Positions 30,348 through 39,661 of a DNA stretch of 64,000 nt are shown one piece after another. The notes beneath the pieces were generated by a model that did no database searches, had not been told where the DNA came from, and saw only the letters and a program-made list of their open reading frames with translations. The stretch is from a virus. The stretch is from positions 10,061-74,060 of the IMG/VR virus record IMGVR_UViG_3300027734_000056; one strand, 5' to 3'. Within the stretch, counting starts at the first letter, position 1. Each line of letters begins with the position of its first letter. The position numbers and the translations under genes were made by a program.

Positions 30348-33300
30348 ATGATTAGAAACGGCGGAAAACTTACTAAAATTCGTTATACTACATCAAGCTC
30401 TAATACTGCAGGAGCAACGGGTATTTATGACACCTTTGACGCTTATAATGCACGTCTTTCTGATCTTTGGCCAGTTCTGCCAACTTTTTCATCTAACGTA
30501 ACTGCTAGCACTAGTACTATTTATCATAATGGCAATGGTGTTACAATAACTAATACTAGTAAAAATATTACTGCTAACACTACTTTATACTACACAATAG
30601 AAACAGTTAGCGGTCCTTCTGGTAGTTTTACGGGCACTGGTCCTTATAATAATCAACAGTACGGAACATTTACGCAACCCGCTGGCGTAACTGGTATTGC
30701 TAGTTTTTCTATATATCCAGTTGCAGATCAGGAACCTGACCCTACCCGTCAACCAGTTCAATTTAAAGTTAATATACGCACTACCAGTATAACTGGGCCT
30801 ATAGTTGGTAGTAGTCCAGTTATTACTATACCTACGCCTATACCTACGCTAAGTTTTGTACCTTATCTTAGTAGTGTAACACAGTTTGACGAAACTCAGT
30901 CTGGATGGAATTTAAAGCTTACTTGGGCTAATGTAGGTACTGCAAATCCTGTATCACAAATAAATTATAACATAACTTATTCTGGAACTGCAACAACTCA
31001 AGATTTACTAACAACAGTTGCAACTATGTCAACTGTTCTAGACAGTTATAGTTACGATGCAACTAGTGCTTATATTTACGGTAAAAAAGACTACTTAACT
31101 GAAGGCACAGAATCTTTAACTATGACTGTAACAAGTCCGTCGTATGGCTGGACGATAGGCACTATAAGCGCAAATATTATAGATACTAGTATTACACCTG
31201 TAACTACAATTACACCTTCAAAAACTGCAGTTGAAAAAGGTACAACTATACGCTTTGATGTTGCTATTCAAAATGCTCAAGAAACTACTATTTATTATGT
31301 TATCACAGGTAGTGCCGCCAGTAAATTTAGCGCTCAAACTGGCAATTTTTTATTAAGTGCAGGCGGAATTACTTTAACTGTTATAAATAACTTTAACTAT
31401 AGCGAAGCAGACACCACTTTTCAAGTACAGTTTCGTGCACAAAGTACTAGTGGCTACTTATACGGCACATCACAAGTTATTACTGTAACAAGTCCAGCAC
31501 AACCAAGCGCAACCATTGTACCTATAGCTAGCATGAACGAAGACACAACAAATAGTTTTGTTGTAAATACCACAAACTATAGTGGAAATCTAGACTGGAA
31601 AATACAAGAAATAAAAAGTGGATCAGTTTTAACAACACCAGTACCAACTGATTTTTTAAACGCTACTAGTGGTACTATAACTGTTGTTAATGGTGGAAGT
31701 GATACAATTGCAGTAAAACCGCGTGCTGATACATTTACTGAAGGCTCAGAAACTTTTAGGTTAACTGTATCAGTACCCAATGGTGGCGGAACTTTAAGCA
31801 CTTCAGATTTTACAATTAATGACACGTCAACAGGTACTACAGAACTGTTAGATTTATATAGTTTTTTAAGTTTTAAATTTCTAAGTGGTGCGGATGACAT
31901 TAATTATGTTAGTGGAATTACTGCAAATAAAACAGGCGACTCATTATCAACACTTCTTAGTAAATATAATACCACAACATATCCTTGGCTAAACAATACC
32001 AGTTACTATAATGTAGTTACTGCTGGAATACAATTGTGGACTGTTCCTTTTACTGGAGTATACCGCTTTAAAGTAGCGGGTGCTAGAGGTGGCGGATGGT
32101 ATTATGCTACATTACCTGGTGGCTGGGGTGCAACATTAAATGGCGAGGTATTTTTAACCAGAGGCACTGTGTTAAGTATTGTAGTAGGAAAAGCTGGTTC
32201 TTCATCTACAACTACAGGTTCTGGTGGCGGTGGTGGCGGTGGTACTTTTGTTTATACAGGCAGCATTGGCGGTACAGGTTTGTTGTTTGCTGCAGGTGGT
32301 GGTGGTGGTTCAGATGATGATGGAGCTACTGCTGGTCAAAATGCTCGTGAAGATTTATGTGCTGGATTTAATGCTACTAGTGTAAGAGCTGATCCCACAA
32401 ATGGACAGGGTGCTGCACTTGCGGGAAGCGGTGGTGGAAGTGGTACTGGTTGGCTAAGTGACAGCACCGGCACCAGTGCTGGCACTAGATTTCTAGGAGG
32501 CGACGCTGTTGCGCCTTGTGGCTGTGGTGGTTTTGGCGGTGGTGGTGGTGACATAGACGATGGCGCTGGCGGTGGTGGATATACTGGTGGAACTAGTAGT
32601 AATCTTCCAGCTGGTGGATGTGGTGGTTCTTATTATAATCCTCAACGTGTAAACAACTATAGTTGGGGAGGTACAAATCAAGTGGATAGAATTGCCAATG
32701 GTTTTGTAGAAATAACTGCAATTACCACAGGAGCTACTGCGGTAATTACCCCTAGTTCTAGTACTATAACAGAAGGACAGAGTGTAGCTTTTAATATAGT
32801 AACTACTGGTTTTGTAACTGGCACGCTTTATTATTATTTGTTAACTAATACTGGAAGTATAAGTACTACTGAGTTTTCTAATACTACTAATACTCTTGCT
32901 GGAAGTGTAACAATAACAGACAGCACTGGACAAGTAACTTATACATATAGAAATGATGGCTATACTGAAGGATCAGAAGCTGTTAGTTTATTGGTTTACT
33001 ATAACACTGGCGGTATTAGGTACACAATGGGTACTTCTAGTCAAGTAACAATTAGTGATAGTTCTACAGGGGCAGCTACTCAATTTACTAGAAGTGATTT
33101 TATACAGCCTATTGTTGGCAATATTTATTATGAAGTTCGATCTCCATCAGCATCTGGAGCTACTAATCTAGGGGCTCTGGGTTGGACTATTTTACGTGAT
33201 ACAACTACTGCTACAGCTGATAGTTACTTTTCAGTACCACTACCTTTTACATTTAAAATTAATAATACCAATTTTACTGATGTAATTGTTAACGAAAATG

Positions 33301-33773
33301 GCTGGATAGTTTTTGGTACTACAGGCGAAATTCTTAGTGCTGGCTTTATTAGTTCAACAGCTGCAAGTGCTCTTCCTCGAAATAAATTTGTTTTTAGCGG
33401 CGGCGGCAATAACAGCATGCAACGGCTGTTTTACAGAGTTGATGGGCAAAATAGGTTTGTAATTATCAGATATGAAGGTAATGCATCAACTTCAGGAACT
33501 CATGGCACTCCAGGAATAATTGCAGAAATTAAACTTTTTAATCCACAATTTACAGGTGGAATATCTATGATAGAGTTAAATTTTCAGACTAACAGAGCAA
33601 CTGGAACCCATCCAATATCAATTTCAAATTCCAGTGCATACTTTACTACTAGAGCTTATAGTTCATCTAGTTATCAATTTAGTACAGTTTTTTATGCTGA
33701 CAATGCTGAAGCAACAAGCTGGTCTGCTCTTGGTATGACATACAATGGTGATAATTATGGTGTGATTTTATAG
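30348..33773 (+). CDS. Large adhesin with Calx-beta-like repeats and a glycine-rich domain
   Basis: Start at ATG 30348 after AGGA. Repeated D..TEG.E motifs; GIQLWTVP.TG.Y....GARGG...GGGGGTFV...AAGGGGG Gly-rich domain. Confidence 0.7.
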   Translation: MIRNGGKLTKIRYTTSSSNTAGATGIYDTFDAYNARLSDLWPVLPTFSSNVTASTSTIYHNGNGVTITNTSKNITANTTLYYTIETVSGPSGSFTGTGPYNNQQYGTFTQPAGVTGIASFSIYPVADQEPDPTRQPVQFKVNIRTTSITGPIVGSSPVITIPTPIPTLSFVPYLSSVTQFDETQSGWNLKLTWANVGTANPVSQINYNITYSGTATTQDLLTTVATMSTVLDSYSYDATSAYIYGKKDYLTEGTESLTMTVTSPSYGWTIGTISANIIDTSITPVTTITPSKTAVEKGTTIRFDVAIQNAQETTIYYVITGSAASKFSAQTGNFLLSAGGITLTVINNFNYSEADTTFQVQFRAQSTSGYLYGTSQVITVTSPAQPSATIVPIASMNEDTTNSFVVNTTNYSGNLDWKIQEIKSGSVLTTPVPTDFLNATSGTITVVNGGSDTIAVKPRADTFTEGSETFRLTVSVPNGGGTLSTSDFTINDTSTGTTELLDLYSFLSFKFLSGADDINYVSGITANKTGDSLSTLLSKYNTTTYPWLNNTSYYNVVTAGIQLWTVPFTGVYRFKVAGARGGGWYYATLPGGWGATLNGEVFLTRGTVLSIVVGKAGSSSTTTGSGGGGGGGTFVYTGSIGGTGLLFAAGGGGGSDDDGATAGQNAREDLCAGFNATSVRADPTNGQGAALAGSGGGSGTGWLSDSTGTSAGTRFLGGDAVAPCGCGGFGGGGGDIDDGAGGGGYTGGTSSNLPAGGCGGSYYNPQRVNNYSWGGTNQVDRIANGFVEITAITTGATAVITPSSSTITEGQSVAFNIVTTGFVTGTLYYYLLTNTGSISTTEFSNTTNTLAGSVTITDSTGQVTYTYRNDGYTEGSEAVSLLVYYNTGGIRYTMGTSSQVTISDSSTGAATQFTRSDFIQPIVGNIYYEVRSPSASGATNLGALGWTILRDTTTATADSYFSVPLPFTFKINNTNFTDVIVNENGWIVFGTTGEILSAGFISSTAASALPRNKFVFSGGGNNSMQRLFYRVDGQNRFVIIRYEGNASTSGTHGTPGIIAEIKLFNPQFTGGISMIELNFQTNRATGTHPISISNSSAYFTTRAYSSSSYQFSTVFYADNAEATSWSALGMTYNGDNYGVIL

Positions 33774-33785
33774 GAAAAATAAATT

Positions 33786-34223
33786 ATGTTATACTCACAT
33801 AACCAACAAACTCCTGGCCTTTTACCAGACAGAATAAGATTGTCAACAGGTTTAACTAAAACTGATAAAAGTACTTTTACTGCACAAGAACTTTTAGATG
33901 CAGGGTATATACCTGCAGATGTTCCTCCTGCTTACAACCCTAATCAACAACATTTAGTCTGGGATAAAACAACTTGGAAATTGATTGATTTTACAGCAGA
34001 AGAGCTAGCCGCTAGGATAGAATTAGAATGGAAAGGCGTACGTGCTCTTCGGAACAAATTTATACTTGATGTAGAGTGGAAAATATCTCGTGCACTAAGT
34101 CAGCAAAGAATGGGTTTGCCTGTTACTGACAATATTGCCGCTTTAGATAATTATATACAAGCACTGCGAGACATAACCAATCAAAGTGATCCTTATAATG
34201 TTATATGGCCCACACTTGAGTAG
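33786..34223 (+). CDS. Tail fibre assembly chaperone
   Basis: W..VR..RN.......W......YIQALRDIT.Q..P.NV.WP motif typical of fibre chaperones. Confidence 0.75.
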   Translation: MLYSHNQQTPGLLPDRIRLSTGLTKTDKSTFTAQELLDAGYIPADVPPAYNPNQQHLVWDKTTWKLIDFTAEELAARIELEWKGVRALRNKFILDVEWKISRALSQQRMGLPVTDNIAALDNYIQALRDITNQSDPYNVIWPTLE

Positions 34224-34271
34224 CCATATCAAATAAAAATTTAAGTTTAAAGGTACAAAGGATGCTTAAAC

Positions 34272-34670
34272 ATGACTACTAATAGAAATTTATCATTACT
34301 GGCACCTAATGTAGACGCTTTTGGTATACTTAAAGCTGGCGGCTATATTTTACCAACAGCAAGTACTAGTGTACTAGGCGGTGTTAAAGTTGATGGCACA
34401 ACAATTACTATAAATAATGGTGTAATTAGCGGTAGCAATAGTTATACTTTACCAACAGCAACTACTGGTACACTAGGCGGTGTTAAAGTTGATGGCACAA
34501 CAATTACTATAAATAATGGTGTGATTAGCGGCAGCACCAGTTTAACTGCAACTGGTGTAACTGCAGCAACTTACACTAATGCAACGTTAACTGTAAATAG
34601 TTACGGACAAGTTACTGCAGCCAATAATGGCATAGATCCAATAGCTGCAGCTTTTATTTTTGGTGAATAA
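34272..34670 (+). CDS. Mini tail-fibre / linker protein
   Basis: 132 aa; two 33-aa LPTA....LGGVKVDGTTITINNGVISG repeats; TY...TVNSYG.VT motif; C-terminus IAAAFIFGE resembles the long-fibre end. Confidence 0.7.
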   Translation: MTTNRNLSLLAPNVDAFGILKAGGYILPTASTSVLGGVKVDGTTITINNGVISGSNSYTLPTATTGTLGGVKVDGTTITINNGVISGSTSLTATGVTAATYTNATLTVNSYGQVTAANNGIDPIAAAFIFGE

Positions 34671-34671
34671 A

Positions 34672-36045
34672 ATGGCAAATAAATCAATAATTAAATCTGC
34701 TAGTGCCATAGGAAATAACACATTATATACTCATACCGATAGTACGCCTTTACTAATATCTACTAGTAATTTTAAAGTTAGTATTCCAAGTTATGCAACT
34801 TATTCTACAGATTTTGGAGTTTACTGCACTTTATATTTAGCAAAAAAACAAGCAGACGGTACTTATATTAATATAAAATTAGATCATACTATGTTTGCAG
34901 GTCAAAAAATGGTTGGAGCTGATGAATATTCCGCAGGTACTAAATATACCATAATAGGCTATAATGAAGCTGCCTATTATGCAGTTTCTACTATTTTTTC
35001 TGGTAGTTATCCAGCTTATTCTAATGTTATCCCCAATTATTATGTTAGCTGGCTTACTGGGTATACAATTTATGATTATGCAGTTGGCAAAGGTAAATTA
35101 ACTATAAGTTCTGGAGATTATATCTATTGCACAATTGCTGGAACTAATGCAGGTGGACTAGTAATTTTTACTGCAATAATTACAGCAACAACTTTACCAC
35201 AAAACCGTACATATAAAGCAACATTATTTAAAGGTTATTGGGGTTCTGGCGGCAATTATCAAAAAAATGACACTGTTATTAATGACAGTCATTTATATAT
35301 GGCTATACAAGCTAATAGTGCTTCAACTATAACTACCGATAATTGGGTATTAATTAAAAATAATGCAGCAGTTATAAAAGCTTTAACGCTATCAGATTTA
35401 ACTACCGCTTCTGGTAAACTAAGTCCACTTGTTAAAGAAACTCTTAATGTATCAAGTACCCTATCTAATAAACTTTTTGTTAATGTTTGTGTAACTGACA
35501 GTTTTGGCCCCGCCAGCACTAGTACCACTATTTCAATACCACCCATATCAACTAATGTTACTTTAGCTCTAGCAACAAATACACAAACATTACGTAATAA
35601 ATATTTTTATAATAACGGGCTTAGGGATAACACGTGGAGAAGTAATAATACTTTTAATTTTTCTGGTCAAACTGTAAACCTTAATCCTAACAGCTTTACT
35701 AAGCTTTCCAGTTATGTGTTACTTACGCCAGTAACAAAAACTTTAACAACTGGTACAAATAATATACTTCTTAACAATACAGGCGGTATTAATTTTGTAT
35801 GTCAAACCACAACAACAGCTGCAGATAGTTTTTCTATTGTTTTACCTAGTGCAAGCAGTTACGCTGGATATTTTATAATATTTTTTATAAAAATGTTAGC
35901 AGCAAATCAAACTGTAAGTTTTTCTACAGTTAAAACTAGTAGAAGTTTTAGTGCTAGTACTACAGCTAATCTTACAGACAAGTATCAATTAGTATGTGAT
36001 GGCTACAATTGGTATTGTATACAAGTAAATAAAGGTATATCATAA
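34672..36045 (+). CDS. Fibre adaptor/fibre protein (paralog 1)
   Basis: ATG 34672 lies 1 bp after the previous stop; CBM5/12-like FKGYW....Y..ND.V....Y.A segment; C-terminal TAN.TD.Y....DG.NWY....KG. Confidence 0.6.
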   Translation: MANKSIIKSASAIGNNTLYTHTDSTPLLISTSNFKVSIPSYATYSTDFGVYCTLYLAKKQADGTYINIKLDHTMFAGQKMVGADEYSAGTKYTIIGYNEAAYYAVSTIFSGSYPAYSNVIPNYYVSWLTGYTIYDYAVGKGKLTISSGDYIYCTIAGTNAGGLVIFTAIITATTLPQNRTYKATLFKGYWGSGGNYQKNDTVINDSHLYMAIQANSASTITTDNWVLIKNNAAVIKALTLSDLTTASGKLSPLVKETLNVSSTLSNKLFVNVCVTDSFGPASTSTTISIPPISTNVTLALATNTQTLRNKYFYNNGLRDNTWRSNNTFNFSGQTVNLNPNSFTKLSSYVLLTPVTKTLTTGTNNILLNNTGGINFVCQTTTTAADSFSIVLPSASSYAGYFIIFFIKMLAANQTVSFSTVKTSRSFSASTTANLTDKYQLVCDGYNWYCIQVNKGIS

Positions 36046-36047
36046 TT

Positions 36048-37178
36048 ATGGCAATTATTACAAGATCATTTAAAATTACCAGTACTACTTTACAGGATGT
36101 ATTTACAGCTGATACAGATGTAACAATAATTGGGTTTGTTAAAAGTAATACAGCAGGAAATATATTCACAAGACTATTTGATAGTACAGGTACTGCGTAT
36201 GATCTAACAACTGTTAATTCTGGTACTAATACTACAAAAATAACACTTTTTTTGCCACAAGGCAGTATAGTTAGATATAGTAGCATTTATGCAACTGTTA
36301 GTGCTCCAGATTATCTTAATATAACTTATTATTATGAAGATAGTTCAACTGATACAATAAATGCGGTAGGCATATGGAACACTAGTACTACATATGCAAG
36401 AAATAGTATAGTTTATAGAGATACTAATAGTACTAGTTATATAGCCAATATTACTAATACAAATAAACCTCCTGAAAGTAGTTTAGGCTATTGGCAAATA
36501 CTTGCTGGACAAAATGTTGGTTTAAATATTACTTTAACTAGTGAATTAACTAGTGATACTACGGGATTTTTAACAGGAGCTACTACTGCTCTTGGTATAG
36601 CATCAACTTTAACAAATAAAACTTTAGCAGGAATCACACGTTTTAGTAACGATAGATTTTATGATTCTACAAATACTTACTATTACCAACTACCTACTGG
36701 TAATGGTGGTACCCTTGTTGATACAGATAGTGCACAAACCCTAACCAGTAAAACACTTGAAAATTGTACTATATATAATGCAACTCTTCAGTCTCCTATA
36801 AATTTTACCGCTGGCAGTATACTAAGTTTATCCAATAGTTATATTCGTGATAGCGTTCAGACATTTGATAGCAGTTATTTTATTAGTAATAATTTTAGTT
36901 GGAGTAATCAAATACAAGGTATTACAAAACTTACTACTCCAGCTACCGCAGGTGCAGTATTATCAATTACTTTACCAGGAGTAAGCCAATATAATTCTGG
37001 TGCAAGCGGTTTAATTTTTATTACTATGGGTGCTGCCACTCAAACAATTAGTTGGCCAAATGTAAAATTAGCTGGCAGCGTAACAGCTAGCCAAACTGCA
37101 AATGCCATAGATATATATAGTGTTATCAATGATGGCACTTATTGGTACTTAACATTACTAGATAAAGGTTTTGTATGA
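36048..37178 (+). CDS. Fibre adaptor/fibre protein (paralog 2)
   Basis: Same architecture as 34672-36045: VGIWNTSTTYARNSIV, QTLTSKT, C-terminal TANAIDIY....DGTYWY....KGFV. Confidence 0.6.
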   Translation: MAIITRSFKITSTTLQDVFTADTDVTIIGFVKSNTAGNIFTRLFDSTGTAYDLTTVNSGTNTTKITLFLPQGSIVRYSSIYATVSAPDYLNITYYYEDSSTDTINAVGIWNTSTTYARNSIVYRDTNSTSYIANITNTNKPPESSLGYWQILAGQNVGLNITLTSELTSDTTGFLTGATTALGIASTLTNKTLAGITRFSNDRFYDSTNTYYYQLPTGNGGTLVDTDSAQTLTSKTLENCTIYNATLQSPINFTAGSILSLSNSYIRDSVQTFDSSYFISNNFSWSNQIQGITKLTTPATAGAVLSITLPGVSQYNSGASGLIFITMGAATQTISWPNVKLAGSVTASQTANAIDIYSVINDGTYWYLTLLDKGFV

Positions 37179-38971
37179 GTTTTGCTGTTTTAAAATTTGC
37201 AAGGTCTCAATATTTACGAGATAATACTGGTGTTTTTGTACCATCAGATGCTTATTGGAGTTATGTAATAGCATTAGTACGAACAAATCCAGAATGTACA
37301 AATTTAACGTCTTATTCTGGATCACGCACACTTCTTACTAGTTCCATAAATGACACTAGCAGCCCAAATTCTGCATATTTAAATGGTTATAGTAGCCAGA
37401 TGTGGTTTTTATCCCCTAATAGTCCATATACTACTAATTATCCAAGTACCGATAGTGTATACTCTTTATCACAAAATGGTTATCACTTATCTACTGGTAT
37501 TAATAATTATGCAAAAATTGCGTATTCCAATGCTGGTTATCCTGAATCACCTGGTAGTGAATTATCACAGTATAATTATAATCTTATTCAACCTACTTAT
37601 AATCAAATACAGATGGACAGCTATCTTGATATAGGTGTTGCTATAAAAAATGGTTTTACTCTTGAATGTTGGGTATATGTACCCACAACTGGTATTTCAA
37701 CTCTTAGTGGTTTTTTACTTGGTGCTCAACACAGTGTGTTTTTATTTGTAAATAGTAATCTTACTGTAAATGTACAATATTCGCCTTTTTATAATACTAC
37801 TTCTTCTGTTACTCCTGCTGGCGTTGATGAGTATGGTAGTTCATACCCAGCCAGTTACAAAACCTCTAACAGCAGTGTAAATTTATGGGATTATACTAGC
37901 AGCGCAACTTTAACAGCAGGTAGTTGGAATCATGTAGCTGTAACTTGTAGTTATACACCTCAAATGGGTGCTAATACTGGCAGCACAAATTTATTTATTA
38001 ACGGCACTAGGGCAGGGCAACTACTAAATCCCACAGTATCAACAGGAGTTACGGGTGTACGAACATATTCAATTTCTGCAGACACACTTAAAAATGTAGT
38101 AATTATAGGCAGTAAACTTGAAATAACAGGTATAAGATTTATAGCAGGAAATTGTTTAAGTATAGATAGTTTTACACGACCAACTTCAAAAGTATCAAGT
38201 AATGTAATTGGTTGGAATAATAATACTAGTACTTTTACACATACTGCTTGTTTTGTAACCCATTTTAGTAATAATGGGAAAAATGTACCACTTATTGATT
38301 ATAGTCCTTATAGACATTATGTTACAGCTAGTACGGGGGCATACTATATTGAACAAAGTAGCAGTTTACCTAATATATCTAATGCTACTACAAATTTAAA
38401 AAGTATATATTTTAATGGAACTACTACCCCTACCGTTGGGTTAATGCAAAACCCTCAACAACAACTTTTAAATACAACCAATAGTGTTTTAGGTTTCTTG
38501 AATGGTCAAAATTTGACAATAAACCTTTTCTTTTATAGAACTGCTTATAGTAATGACTACATATTTGATCACGGCTCAATAGCATTATATGTTACTGGCA
38601 CTCAACTTAATCTTAGACTTAGCAATAATAGTAGTCTTTATATATCTTTAGCCGCAGGTAGTGCAAATACTGGCACTTGGTATTATGTTCAACTTAGCAG
38701 AACTAATAACGGTACTAGCAAAACATTCAAATTAACAGCAATAGATCAGTATGGAACTGTATATTCGGGTACTGATTATACTCATGCTAGTAGAGGCGGA
38801 GATGTAGCTTATGCTCCAACTGTATCACAACTATTTATTGGCAGTGATTATCTTAGTAGTGCTGCAACTATTTTAAATGGAAACATAGTTGACTACAGGG
38901 TTACTGCTGGCATAGTTAGACCTACACCCACTACTTTTCCAAATTTTCATCCAACAGTGGCACCTACATAA
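37175..38971 (+). CDS. LamG/concanavalin-like receptor-binding protein
   Basis: Two LamG-like units (FTLECWVY...WNHVAV...LFINGT; TINLFFY...TWYYVQLSR...GNIVDYRVT); SDAYWSYV N-terminus; ATGA overlap. Confidence 0.75.
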   Translation: MSFAVLKFARSQYLRDNTGVFVPSDAYWSYVIALVRTNPECTNLTSYSGSRTLLTSSINDTSSPNSAYLNGYSSQMWFLSPNSPYTTNYPSTDSVYSLSQNGYHLSTGINNYAKIAYSNAGYPESPGSELSQYNYNLIQPTYNQIQMDSYLDIGVAIKNGFTLECWVYVPTTGISTLSGFLLGAQHSVFLFVNSNLTVNVQYSPFYNTTSSVTPAGVDEYGSSYPASYKTSNSSVNLWDYTSSATLTAGSWNHVAVTCSYTPQMGANTGSTNLFINGTRAGQLLNPTVSTGVTGVRTYSISADTLKNVVIIGSKLEITGIRFIAGNCLSIDSFTRPTSKVSSNVIGWNNNTSTFTHTACFVTHFSNNGKNVPLIDYSPYRHYVTASTGAYYIEQSSSLPNISNATTNLKSIYFNGTTTPTVGLMQNPQQQLLNTTNSVLGFLNGQNLTINLFFYRTAYSNDYIFDHGSIALYVTGTQLNLRLSNNSSLYISLAAGSANTGTWYYVQLSRTNNGTSKTFKLTAIDQYGTVYSGTDYTHASRGGDVAYAPTVSQLFIGSDYLSSAATILNGNIVDYRVTAGIVRPTPTTFPNFHPTVAPT

Positions 38972-38972
38972 A

Positions 38973-39242
38973 ATGACAGTTTACGCAAAATTACTACAAA
39001 ATAGGTTGGTACTTATTACTGACCAAATACAGGTTAATGATCCTGATAATCCTCAATGGGTTCAATTTGACTATTCTCAAATGCAGCCACAAATTGGTGA
39101 TTATTATGATTTTTATACCAATACTTTTTCAAGTGTTAGTGCTAGTAGAAAAAAATATTCAAGTGCTTTTCAAGCAACTAGCATGGACGATAGTACTTTA
39201 CAATATCAAACCAGAGTTATAGGCAAACCAAATGGTACATAA
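38973..39242 (+). CDS. Small hypothetical protein, possibly a fibre chaperone
   Basis: 89 aa; YA.L...PQIGDYYD...F motif; follows the LamG gene. Confidence 0.5.
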   Translation: MTVYAKLLQNRLVLITDQIQVNDPDNPQWVQFDYSQMQPQIGDYYDFYTNTFSSVSASRKKYSSAFQATSMDDSTLQYQTRVIGKPNGT

Positions 39243-39615
39243 ACAAATTATATTAGTAAGCAATTTGTGGGTTAAACAAATGCATTTTGAAGAAGTTGGT
39301 GATGTTATGACTGGGCACAGTCATAAGTTTGATCACCCCACTTTAATTGCCAAAGGCAGTGTGTCTGTAAAAGTAAATGATAAAACTACTACGTTTACTG
39401 CGCCACATATAGTTTACATTGCAAAAGATCAACTTCACGAAATTACTGCTTTAGAAGCAGATACAGTAGCTTATTGTATTCATCCAATACGCGGTGAACG
39501 CCAAGAAGATATTTATGATCATTCGCAAGTGCCAGCAGGTATAACTGTTCGTGACTGGAATATTTTAAATACTCCAGAGCTTTCCAAAAAGTTTGATGAG
39601 GCACAAGATGCCTGA
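39232..39615 (+). CDS. Cupin-domain protein
   Basis: GHSHKFDH.T....G.V.V...F.AP..V.I.....H.ITALE...CIH cupin metal-binding pattern. Confidence 0.8.
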   Translation: MVHKQIILVSNLWVKQMHFEEVGDVMTGHSHKFDHPTLIAKGSVSVKVNDKTTTFTAPHIVYIAKDQLHEITALEADTVAYCIHPIRGERQEDIYDHSQVPAGITVRDWNILNTPELSKKFDEAQDA

Positions 39616-39661
39616 TGTATTTAGTATACCCAACTTTATTGTTTAACATCAAGGAATATAC

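Larger units (their letters stand above)
27205..34496 (+). repeat. Dispersed identical 25-bp repeat ACTAGGCGGTGTTAAAGTTGATGGC (5 copies in 2 genes)
   Basis: Copies at 27205, 29098 and 29395 (long fibre) and 34373 and 34472 (mini-fibre); all encode LGGVKVDG. Confidence 0.9.

Noticed and set aside
24477-39242. Invertase-driven fibre shufflon
   Set aside because: All genes and repeats are in direct orientation, and no recombinase gene or inverted crossover sites were seen.
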